The position numbers and the translations under genes were made by a program. Positions 55,442 through 64,000 of a DNA stretch of 64,000 nucleotides are shown piece after piece (position 1 is the stretch's first letter; every line of letters starts with the position of its first letter). The stretch spans positions 224,001 through 288,000 of the forward strand of contig CAWJTV010000020.1 of assembly GCA_963845755.1 (NCBI GenBank), given 5' to 3'. This DNA comes from an uncultured Planctomycetota bacterium (GTDB taxonomy: Bacteria > Planctomycetota > Planctomycetia > Isosphaerales > Isosphaeraceae). The notes under the pieces were generated by a model. It ran no database searches, was not told where the DNA came from, and saw nothing but the letters and a program-made list of their open reading frames with translations.

Positions 55442-56103
55442 GGTTTGGACTCCTTCGTCGGATGCGGAAGCCGAGGCGGCGACGCCGCCGATTCCATTGC
55501 GGCCTCCTCGTCCGTCTTGGTAATCGCCGGGTACGCACCCAGCACGAATCGGAACAGGCGCCCCTCGGGCGCCTCCTCGTCGTGATACTTCACGGCCAGT
55601 TCCGCCACTCTCGCCGACAGCTCGCGCGTGAATGAGTCGCGATCGCCGGCCGAGCGAAATCGGACCTGGGTCTCGAGAGTGTACGTCAACAGCCGCTTGC
55701 CGGCGCGATCGGCACGTCCCCTCAGGATCCCCAGGTCGCGCACAATCTTCGCCGCCGCGGCGACCAGGTAGGCCCACGAGAACCGGTCGCGGAGCCGGCC
55801 CGGGTCCGGCTCGACAACCCCCATCGCTTCGGGGCTGATCAAGTACGACTGCGCCGTCGCTCGCACCACGCGCTCCTTCATCCCTCCCCGTGGCCGCTCC
55901 TGGATGAACTCCACAACACCCGCTCGCTCCAACGTGCGGAGGTGATAGTTCACGACCTGTCTCGGCACCCCAAGAGAGCGCGCCAGGCCCGCTGCCGAAT
56001 CCGGCTCGACAAGCTGCTTCAAGATCCTCAGCCGTAGCGGATGACCCAGCAGGCTCGCTGCCTGCTCCGTCCCACGCACAACATCGAGCTCCGGTACGGT
56101 CAT
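55438..56103 (-). CDS. ArsR-like winged-helix transcriptional regulator
   Basis: HPLRLRIL..SAAGLARSLGVPRQVVNYHLRTLERAG. Confidence 0.88.
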   Translation of the reverse strand: MTVPELDVVRGTEQAASLLGHPLRLRILKQLVEPDSAAGLARSLGVPRQVVNYHLRTLERAGVVEFIQERPRGGMKERVVRATAQSYLISPEAMGVVEPDPGRLRDRFSWAYLVAAAAKIVRDLGILRGRADRAGKRLLTYTLETQVRFRSAGDRDSFTRELSARVAELAVKYHDEEAPEGRLFRFVLGAYPAITKTDEEAAMESAASPPRLPHPTKESKP

Positions 56104-56142
56104 CGTCGATCCACGCCTCCTCATGCCGGGTGTTCGGAAGTC

Positions 56143-56172
56143 AGTATGGCCTTGAAAAAATAATTTGTCAAG
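56143..56172 (-). promoter_or_regulatory. Sigma70-type promoter overlapped by a palindromic operator
   Basis: Minus strand TTGACA-N17-CATACT; the imperfect palindrome CTTGAAAAAATAATTTGTCAAG (56151-56172) covers the -35 box. Confidence 0.75.
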
Positions 56173-56325
56173 AAGGCGCGGGAGGACCGAACCAGACGGG
56201 CCGGGTCTGCGATGCGCGTCGATCGAGGTTCTGTCAACTGGTTCGGTCGCGTGTTAATGTGGAGGTCCGGGTTGATCGATGGAGGTCGAGTTGACGGACA
56301 GGCGCGTCGCGAGGGACATCCAGAC

Positions 56326-57441
56326 ATGGCACCAGCGAAGGGCATATACTCCCGGATCGGGGTCAAGACCCTGATCAATGCCGAGGGGACGGTCACCGTT
56401 GTGGGCGGCTCGCTGATGCCGCCGGAGGTGGTGCAGGCAATGGCCGAGGCCGCCGGGTCGTTCGTGTCGATCCCCGAGCTGCACGAGAAGGTGGGAGCAC
56501 GGATCGCGGAGCTGATCGGGGTTCCGGCCGCGATGGTCACCGCCGGCGCGGCCTCAGCGATCGCGGTCGGCACGGCCGCCTCGATGACCTGGGACAACCT
56601 GCCGGCGATCGACCGCCTGCCCCAGACCGATGGCTTGAGGAATGAGGTGATCCTCCAGAAGGGCCATAAGAGTGGATACGAGGCCCAGATGTCCTCGACG
56701 GGCGCGAAGGTTGTCTGGGTGGAGACCCGTCACGAACTGGACCGAGCGATCAATCCGCGTACTGCGATGATGTTCTTCCTCAATCGGTTCGAGCCGTTGG
56801 GTTCGGTGAAGCGGGAAGACTGGATCAAGGTCGGTAAGGAACGAGGTGTCTTGACGTTTCTTGACGCCGCGGCCGATGTGCCGCCGGTATCGCGGTTCTC
56901 CGAGTACATCCACGAAGGGTTCGATCTGGTGACCTTCTCGGGTGGCAAAGCGATCCGGGGTCCCCAGGCGTCGGGACTGTTGATCGGCCGGCCCAACCTG
57001 ATCGCGGCCGGCCGCCGCGCCATCAGCCCGAGCATGGGGATCGGCCGCGGCATGAAGGTCGGCAAGGAGGAGATCGTCGGCCTGCTCGTCGCGCTGGAGC
57101 GCTACCTCAAGCTCGATCACGACGCGGAGTGGCGCACCTGGGAGGCCCGAACCTCGGAGGTCATCGCTCAGCTCGCCTCGATTCCCGGGCTGAGCGCACG
57201 GCGCGAAGTCGCTGAGATCGCCAATCGGGTCCCGCAGGTCGTGGTCGAGTGGAGCCGATGGCACTCCACGCTCACGGCCGCGGAGGTCGTTCGCAAGCTC
57301 TGGGATGGGGATCCACGGATCGCTGTCCTGGCTGAAGGCGAACGCGGATTACGAATCATGGTCTGGACCTTGCAAGGAGACGAACACCGCGTCGTCACCA
57401 AGGCCATCCGGCAGGTCTTTCAGGAAACGGCGCCCGGTTGA
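56326..57441 (+). CDS. SelA-related PLP-dependent enzyme (DgaE-like)
   Basis: INAEGTVTVVGGS, DAAA, FSGGKAIRGPQASG, GRGMKVGKEE. Confidence 0.85.
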   Translation: MAPAKGIYSRIGVKTLINAEGTVTVVGGSLMPPEVVQAMAEAAGSFVSIPELHEKVGARIAELIGVPAAMVTAGAASAIAVGTAASMTWDNLPAIDRLPQTDGLRNEVILQKGHKSGYEAQMSSTGAKVVWVETRHELDRAINPRTAMMFFLNRFEPLGSVKREDWIKVGKERGVLTFLDAAADVPPVSRFSEYIHEGFDLVTFSGGKAIRGPQASGLLIGRPNLIAAGRRAISPSMGIGRGMKVGKEEIVGLLVALERYLKLDHDAEWRTWEARTSEVIAQLASIPGLSARREVAEIANRVPQVVVEWSRWHSTLTAAEVVRKLWDGDPRIAVLAEGERGLRIMVWTLQGDEHRVVTKAIRQVFQETAPG

Positions 57442-57500
57442 GCAGGGCGATGCTGCGATCGCGGACATCGCACCTATCCTTCGCGTCCGCGATACGATCC

Positions 57501-58073
57501 TCAACGCTTCTTGATGCCCTGGAAGCTGACGGAGACCCAGACATCATCGCCGAGCATCGGCGAGAACTTGCTGATCCCGAACTCGGATCGCTTGATCGCG
57601 AATTCCGCGGTGTAGCCGGTCTTCTGCATCCCCTTGAACGAGGCGGTCTTACCCCCCTTGACGTTGAATGTCACGGGCTTGGTCTGACCGTGGAACGTGA
57701 GGTCGCCGGTCACCTCGTAGCCGCCCGCGATCGGCTTGACCGACGTACTGTTGAAGCTCATCGATGGAAACTGGTTGGTGTTGAAGAAGTCGGGGCTGCG
57801 GAGATGCTTGTCGCGATTCTTGTTGTTCGTATCCACGCTCTCCGGCTTGATTTTCATCGTGAACGACGACTTCGACGGCTCGCTGGGATCGATGGTGAAT
57901 TCGCCCGAGAAGTCGTTGAACCGGCCGTAAATCCAGTTCAACTCGGAATGAGAGATCTTGAACACGACTCCCGAATGGGCCGTGTCCATGGTGTAATCGT
58001 CGCCGGTTGCGGCCATGCCGAGCGCCAGCAGGGCGGACGCCGCCAGGGCCATGGCGCAGAGGTTTCTTCGCAT
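57501..58073 (-). CDS. YceI family periplasmic protein
   Basis: Signal peptide, YTMDTAHS, GRFNDFSG, RDKHLRSPDFF, GDLTFHG, RSEFG. Confidence 0.93.
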   Translation of the reverse strand: MRRNLCAMALAASALLALGMAATGDDYTMDTAHSGVVFKISHSELNWIYGRFNDFSGEFTIDPSEPSKSSFTMKIKPESVDTNNKNRDKHLRSPDFFNTNQFPSMSFNSTSVKPIAGGYEVTGDLTFHGQTKPVTFNVKGGKTASFKGMQKTGYTAEFAIKRSEFGISKFSPMLGDDVWVSVSFQGIKKR

Positions 58074-58394
58074 CAGTTGTCTCCATTTTCAAATCGCCAT
58101 CGGGCCGTCACAGTCCGTCGTGAGTCAGGACTGCTACCCCGATTTTCGTCCTGGAAACCCGCATATGGTTTAGTTCTAAACAATCCCGCGTGGAAGTCAA
58201 GGGGCTGGAGGAGCGGAGCGGCTGGTCCGGCAGGGGCGCGTTCGTGTTAAGCTTGGGGATGGATGACCGATCTCAAGTGACGGTCAAGCCGGCAGCCAAT
58301 CGTGATCGTCTTGCCAGTGTCTTGACGGCACGGGGAACCGGCAGGTCCGTGACCATCACGGCGAGTCCCAACGCAGCCCAGGAGGAAGACGCAA

Positions 58395-58712
58395 ATGAAT
58401 GTCACAATCCGCGAGCGAGAGTCCGGCACCGCGCTGGCCGAGGCCGAGGTGGGCCCGAGCCTGGCGAAGTACGAAGGGAACTGGTACTTCGAGCCCTCCG
58501 CCGTGCAGGCCGACCTCCTGCGCATCACCGAACGCACCTACACCTGTCCCTACAAGGGGACCTGCAACTGGGTCGACTACGTCGGGTCAGACGGCCGAAC
58601 GATCCGCGACGTGGCCTGGATCTATCCCCAGGTCAAGGCCGGACACGAGGTGATCCAGGGGCGGTACGGCTTCTACGCCGGCAGCCGGGGCGGCACCGTC
58701 GAAGGGCACTGA
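58395..58712 (+). CDS. DUF427 domain protein
   Basis: RBS GGAGG; EGNWYF, TYTCPYKG, AWIYP. Confidence 0.85.
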   Translation: MNVTIRERESGTALAEAEVGPSLAKYEGNWYFEPSAVQADLLRITERTYTCPYKGTCNWVDYVGSDGRTIRDVAWIYPQVKAGHEVIQGRYGFYAGSRGGTVEGH

Positions 58713-59548
58713 CCGGCCGACCCCATCCGGCTCAGCGCGGGCGAGGCACCGAGGAACGCCATGCATGCCTTGTACGCATCGCGTGCATTGACGAGGAGAT
58801 CGGTCGGGATCGGGATCTCGTCCGGATCCGCCACGGAGTCTTCCCTGACGATCCGGCCGGTGCGGATCGTCGTCGAGGTGTCGCCGACGTTGATCGAACC
58901 GGTCTTCTCGAAGATCGCGTACTCCTCACGGAGCGGCTCGTTCAGGCCCAGCTCGCGCTCGAGGAACCGGAAGGTCGCGGCCGTGTCGTCCAGGAGCGAT
59001 CTGGCAGGAAGGAAGATCCCTCGGCGCCCCAGGGCCTCGACGCGCGTGCACAGACCTTGCAAGCTGTCGAGCCGATGAATGTAGTACTTCACGGCCCGCC
59101 GCATGGCCGCCTGCCGATCGGTCCCCTCGGCCCAGACCTGCAGCCCCTGCTCATGCTCGTGAATCCTCATGCGTGTCAAGCTCGCGATCGTCGGCTCCGG
59201 CTCCCGGACCAGGAAGATCGGGATGATCCGGGGGAGTCCCAGCACCTTGTCCGACACGGGCAAGTAATCGTAGAGCAGCTTGTCCAGGACGAATTCGCAA
59301 TCCTTCCGATAATTGCCGGATTCGCCCGCCATGGCGTTCAACCGGTAGAGATCGGCGGCCGTCTCGTAAGGCATCATGGTCTCGGTGTATCCGGAAATCT
59401 GCCGATGGCTGCCGAGGATATGGCAGAGCAGCGTCGAGTAGCTCCTGGCGTGGCTGAAAATGAGGAGATATCGATGCAACTTGAACAAGGACGGATCCAT
59501 CAGGAGGATCTCCTGGCCCTGACCCCGCCTCACGAGCACCTTCTCCAT
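58673..59548 (-). CDS. Sulfotransferase-family protein
   Basis: SHARSYSTLLCHILGSH (5'-PSB-like), LVREPEPTIAS (3'-PB-like). Confidence 0.75.
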   Translation of the reverse strand: MEKVLVRRGQGQEILLMDPSLFKLHRYLLIFSHARSYSTLLCHILGSHRQISGYTETMMPYETAADLYRLNAMAGESGNYRKDCEFVLDKLLYDYLPVSDKVLGLPRIIPIFLVREPEPTIASLTRMRIHEHEQGLQVWAEGTDRQAAMRRAVKYYIHRLDSLQGLCTRVEALGRRGIFLPARSLLDDTAATFRFLERELGLNEPLREEYAIFEKTGSINVGDTSTTIRTGRIVREDSVADPDEIPIPTDLLVNARDAYKACMAFLGASPALSRMGSAGQCPSTVPPRLPA

Positions 59549-59720
59549 CGCCAGCTCCTCCCTTGGCCGTCATCGAGCCGCCCACTGCGAGATGTCTCTC
59601 ACGATCGGGGCACAGTCCAGAACCCGGCATTCTGTGTCACAAGGCGAGGAAAAATACCAGGCCGCCGAATTGTGGGAAGGCCAATTCTCCTTGAGCGTCG
59701 TACATCAAACCAGAGTCTCC

Positions 59721-59871
59721 CTCCGTAGGATCCCTGCGGCGAGCGCATCTGGGGGGTCCTTGATTCCGGATTCCCGATTCCGAATTCCCGAATCCTTCTT
59801 CATCCTGAATCCGGAATCCCGAACCCGGAATCTCGAATCCCTCTTGGGTTGCGGCCGAAGGCCACGTTGGG
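59721..59871 (+). repeat. Heptamer-filled dispersed element, copy 6
   Basis: CTCCGTAGGATCCCTGCGG...(GATTCCG/C)n...(GAATCCC/G)n...TTGGGTTGCGGCCGAAGGCCACGTTGGG. Confidence 0.85.
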
Positions 59872-59956
59872 CTTGACTCGCGAAGTGACGTGACAGACTC
59901 GGTTGGACGGGACCATGCGTGATCCGATCTGTTGTGAGGCATCCGAGGAACAAGCC

Positions 59957-60256
59957 GTGAGACGGCCTCGCCTACGGTTCACGGTCGGAACGATGATGGT
60001 TGTGGTGGCCGCAGTCGGGATCGCCCTCGGGGTCTCGAGATTGAGCCAACGCGATTTCCTCTTCGCCTACGGGTTGGGCGTCCTCGGTATCGTGGGTGCG
60101 TCCCCGATTCTGATTTGTTACCTGTGGCTGAAGGAGTCGCCCAAACGGAAGGCATCCATCCCGATCGAGGCCCTCATCGCCCGGTTCGCCGCGGTGATTG
60201 TTGTGGGTGTGATTCTCTGGGCCATGCTCGTCTTGCTGATCGCGCCTTTCCATTAG
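59957..60256 (+). CDS. Small 3-TM membrane protein
   Basis: GTG start after GAGGA; RPRLRFTVGTMMVVVA N-terminal pattern common in planctomycete membrane proteins. Confidence 0.7.
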   Translation: MRRPRLRFTVGTMMVVVAAVGIALGVSRLSQRDFLFAYGLGVLGIVGASPILICYLWLKESPKRKASIPIEALIARFAAVIVVGVILWAMLVLLIAPFH

Positions 60257-60513
60257 AGTGATCCTCGGCCCCGCTGCTCGGAGCACGACCTTCCGGACGA
60301 GTGCGGATCGAGAACAGGTACGCGTGAGTTTACGAACTCAGACTGCCTCTTGAGCGGAGGGCGCCGATTGTGAACAATAGGTGAGCTGAGCCGGTCCGCA
60401 CGGGCGCGACGGCGAGCCTGCCCGGAATGACGCCTTCCTGAACTGGACTCTGAGCCGGCCGGCGAGTATGGCCAACCCGTCCCGCCCCACGCGACACTCT
60501 TGCGAGAGCCCAA

Positions 60514-63118
60514 ATGATGAAAGTCCAGACGCACCAGGAAGTTGAGTGCAATGCATGCCAGCCTCGAGGCGCGAGCGATTGCTGGCTGCCACTTCTGGGT
60601 GTGTTCGTGGGCCTGGTGCTCGTTCCGTGCTGGGACGTGACCTCGGCGCCTGCCGCGGAACCGGGCTCATCGCCGAAGCGCAAGGTCGACTACAACCGCG
60701 AGGTCCGGCCGATCCTGGCGAAGAACTGCTTCGCCTGTCACGGCCAGGACGAGGCGAAACGGAAAGCCGGGTTACGCCTCGATCATCGCGAGGCGGCCAC
60801 CCAGCCGCTCAAGAGTGGCGAGACCGCGATCGTCCCCGGCGACGTCGAGGGCAGCGCCCTGCTGTTCCGGGCCACCGAGGATGACGACTCGGTCCGCATG
60901 CCGCCCGCGAAGACGGGCAATCGGCTCAACCCGGCCGACGTCGATGTGCTCCAGCGCTGGATCGAGCAAGGGGCCGAGTACGCCCAGCACTGGTCCTTGA
61001 TCCCGCCCGAGGCGCTACCGCTTCCCGCCGCCCGCGACACCGCCTGGCCCCGCAACGGGATCGACTTCTGGATCCTCGATCGATTGGAGAAGGCGGGCCT
61101 GGCGCCGTCTCCCCAGGCGGACGCTTATACGCTGTTGCGCCGGGCTAGCCTGGATCTCCGCGGGTTGCCGCCGAAGCCGGAGGAGGTCGACCGCTTCATC
61201 CGGGATCAGGCACCGGGCGCCTACGAGCGGGCCGTCGACCGCTTCCTCGACGATCCGGCCTACGGCGAACGCTGGGCGCGGATGTGGCTCGATCTGGCCC
61301 GCTACGCCGACTCGGCCGGATTCGGCTCCGATCCCTTGCGGCCCAACATCTGGCGATATCGCGACTGGGTCATCGAGGCCTTCAATCGCAATCTCCCGTA
61401 CGATCGGTTCACTCTCCTTCAGATTGCCGGCGACCTGATGCCAGGTCCCAGTCTTGACGATCGGATCGCTACCGCCTTCCACCGCAACACAATGACCAAT
61501 ACCGAGGGCGGTACCGACGACGAGGAGTTCCGCGTGGCCGCGATCAAGGATCGCGTTGACACCACGGCCCAGGTCTGGATGGGGCTGACCATGGGTTGCG
61601 CCAAGTGTCATAGCCACAAGTACGACCCGATCACCCACGAGGAGTATTACCGGTTTTATGCCTTCTTCAACCAGTCGGCCGACAACGACCAGCCGGACGA
61701 GGGCCCCGTCATCCCCGCCCCGACCGCGAAGTTCACAGCCGAGCTCGAGCAATTCGAGAGGCGGGTCGCCGCGTTGCGAGCGAAGCTCGAGGCATCCTCT
61801 CCGGCGCTGACGGTTCGCGCAAACCCAGTGGGAGGCGAGCCTCAAACCGGCCGGCGCGTCCGCACGGAAAGGCCTCCCGAAAGAAGTCCTGGCCATCCTC
61901 GACACCACGATGGAGAAGCGGACCCAGGCCCAGTCCAGGGCGATGGCCGCCTATTTCCACTCGATCGTGCCCGAGCTCAAGCCGGTGCGGGATCAGCTCG
62001 CCGCGATGGAGAAAACCCGTCCCAAGCCGCCGACCGTTCCCGTCATGGTCGAGCTGCCGGCCGATCGCCGGCGCGTGACGCACGTCCTCCGCAAGGGGAA
62101 CTTCCTCGACCCGGGCGCGACGGTTGAGGCCGGAGTTCCCGGGTCTCTTCATCCTTATCCGCCCGGCGCCCCGGCCAACCGACTTGGCCTGTGCGCTGGC
62201 TCATCGACCCCAGGAACCCCTTGACCGCCCGCGTGGCGGTCAATCGCTACTGGGCCCAGCTCTTCGGCATGGGACTCGTCGAGACCGAGGAAGACTTCGG
62301 CACCCAGGGCGAGCCGCCCAGCCATCCCGAGCTACTCGACTGGCTGGCCATCCGCTACCGCGATTCGGGCTGGGACACCAAGGCCCTGATGCGGCTCATC
62401 GTCACGTCGGCGACGTATCGGCAGTCATCAAAGGTCCGCCTCGATCTGCGTGAGAAGGACCTGCGGAATCGCTTCCTGGCGCGGGCGCCCCGGATCCGGC
62501 TCGAGGCGGAGATGGTCCGCGACCAGGCCCTGGCCCTGAGCGGACTGCTGAGCCGCAAGGTCGGCGGTCCGAGCATCTTCCCGCCCCAGCCCGACGGGCT
62601 ATGGCAGGCCGCGTTCAACGGTGAGCGCACCTGGACGACCAGTAAAGGCGATGACCGGTATCGGCGCGGCCTTTATGTCTTCTGGCGGCGCACCGTGCCT
62701 TACCCGTCGATGGCCACCTTCGACGCCCCCAGCCGCGAGATCTGCGCGATCAAGCGCGTTCGGACCAACACACCGCTCCAATCCTTCGTGACGCTCAACG
62801 ACCCGGTGTATGTCGAAGCCGCACAGGCCCTGGCGCGCCGGATCGTGAACGAGGGCGGCACCGATGTCACCGCCCGAGCCGCGTTGGGGCCTGAAGCTCT
62901 GCGAGAGCCGGCCGCCCCGTCCCAAACAGGTTGCGCCCATCGTCGCGCTGTACAACGCCGAGCTCGAACGATATCGAAAGGATCGCGCCGCCGCCACGGC
63001 CCTCGCCACCGACCCGCTCGGTCCCCTGCCGGCGGGGATGGATCCGGCCGAGCTCGCCGCCTGGACCGCGGTCGCCAACGTCTTGTTGAACCTGGACAGC
63101 GTCTTGACCAGGGGGTGA
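60514..63118 (+). CDS. Second PSD1 (cytochrome c/DUF1549/DUF1553) protein; about three frameshifts (near 61815, 62190, 62880)
   Basis: [58 protein letters not shown]. Confidence 0.92.
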
Positions 63119-63139
63119 GAGGGTGTACGAGAAGCCCCG

Positions 63140-63180
63140 GTAGGGTGGGTCGAATGCCGAATCACGGCGTGAGGCCCACC
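63140..63180. repeat. GTAG-type REP (related to family 1)
   Basis: GTAGGGTGGG...CCCACC in the PSD1-DUF1501 gap. Confidence 0.55.
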
Positions 63181-63205
63181 GAGTTCCCGAACCCGAGTTG
63201 AGTCC

Positions 63206-64000
63206 ATGAACTTCAACCGCGAGCACGATCTTCCCCTGCTCCTGCAACACGCGCGGGCCCAAACCCGTCGCCAGTTCCTCAAGAGGTCGCAAGCCGGCCT
63301 GGGCGGCCTTGCGCTGGCGATGCTCCTGGGCCGCGAGGACACGGCACGTGGCGAGCCGGAACCGGACTCCGCCGAGAATCCCATGGTGCCCCGGCCGCCC
63401 CACTTCGCCCCCCGGGCCAAGCGGGTGATCTACCTGCACATGTCCGGCGGACCGCCCCAGCAGGACCTCTTCGACGAGAAGCCCGCGCTGGTCAAGCATC
63501 ACATGAAGCCATGTCCCGACGAACTGCTCAAGAACCAGAAATTCGCGTTCATCAAGGGACATCCCAAGCTGCTCGGCTCCCCGTACCACTTCCGCAGATG
63601 CGGCGAGAGCGGCGCCCTGATCAGCGACCTCTGGACGCATTTCCGCGGGGTCGTCGATGATGTCGCCATCATCAAGTCGATGTGGACTGACCAGTTCAAC
63701 CACGCACCGGCGGAGTTATTCATCTACACCGGCTCCTCGCGCAACGGTGGTGCGGCGATGGGCTCGTGGATCACTTACGGCCTGGGCACGGAGAACCAGG
63801 ATTTACCCGGCTTCGTCGTCTTGATCAGCGGCGGGACGGATCCGACCGGCGGCAAGGCGCTCTGGAGCACCGGCTACCTGCCTAGCGTGTATCAAGGGGT
63901 TCAGTGCCGGACCGTGGGCGATCCGGTCCTCTACGTCAGCGATCCGAAGGGGATGGACCGATCGGACCGACGCCGGACCCTCGACGCGCCTGCGCCAGCT
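63206..64000 (+). CDS. DUF1501 domain protein (runs off the window)
   Basis: TRRQFLK Tat signal, AKRVIYLHMSGGPPQQDLFD, FNHAPA, GSWITYGLG. Confidence 0.92.
   Translation, partial: MNFNREHDLPLLLQHARAQTRRQFLKRSQAGLGGLALAMLLGREDTARGEPEPDSAENPMVPRPPHFAPRAKRVIYLHMSGGPPQQDLFDEKPALVKHHMKPCPDELLKNQKFAFIKGHPKLLGSPYHFRRCGESGALISDLWTHFRGVVDDVAIIKSMWTDQFNHAPAELFIYTGSSRNGGAAMGSWITYGLGTENQDLPGFVVLISGGTDPTGGKALWSTGYLPSVYQGVQCRTVGDPVLYVSDPKGMDRSDRRRTLDAPAPA

Noticed and set aside
56326..57441. True selenocysteine synthase selA
   Set aside because: Shorter SelA-related type with GRGMKVGKEE; no selB, selC or selD nearby.
6015..63118. Frameshifted genes as true pseudogenes or programmed frameshifts
   Set aside because: Too many unrelated genes are affected, with no slippery heptamers and no other decay; sequencing error is more parsimonious.

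Overview
High-GC bacterial chromosomal segment, very likely a planctomycete of the Isosphaeraceae type. This is inferred from two PSD1(DUF1549/DUF1553)+DUF1501 gene pairs, a DUF1559 prepilin-like gene, kinase-TPR proteins and an ECF/anti-sigma unit. It holds about 45 protein genes, including a fused E1alpha/beta-E2-SDR operon, hslVU, peptidases M28 and M29, a multiheme cytochrome-TPR protein, a GGDEF protein, a DASS transporter, an ArsR-SRPBCC pair, a SelA-like enzyme and YceI. I found no rRNA, tRNA or CRISPR array. About 20 genes are split by single-base frameshifts, most likely long-read consensus errors. Several of these errors, plus a set of Asp-to-Asn changes, fall on the motif GTCGAC and may be a DNA methylation footprint. 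Main candidates for a second look: (1) a Cys-rich leader-like ORF followed by a secreted 19-Cys metallothionein-like protein; (2) an uncharacterised P-loop NTPase facing a Zn-ribbon/kinase/FGE-sulfatase protein; (3) six copies of a heptamer-filled palindromic element, one split by a nested MITE; (4) an iteron-like 285-bp inverted-repeat structure; (5) an end-less IS4 transposase fragment inside a membrane-protein gene. All calls come from reading motifs by eye; no database search was run.
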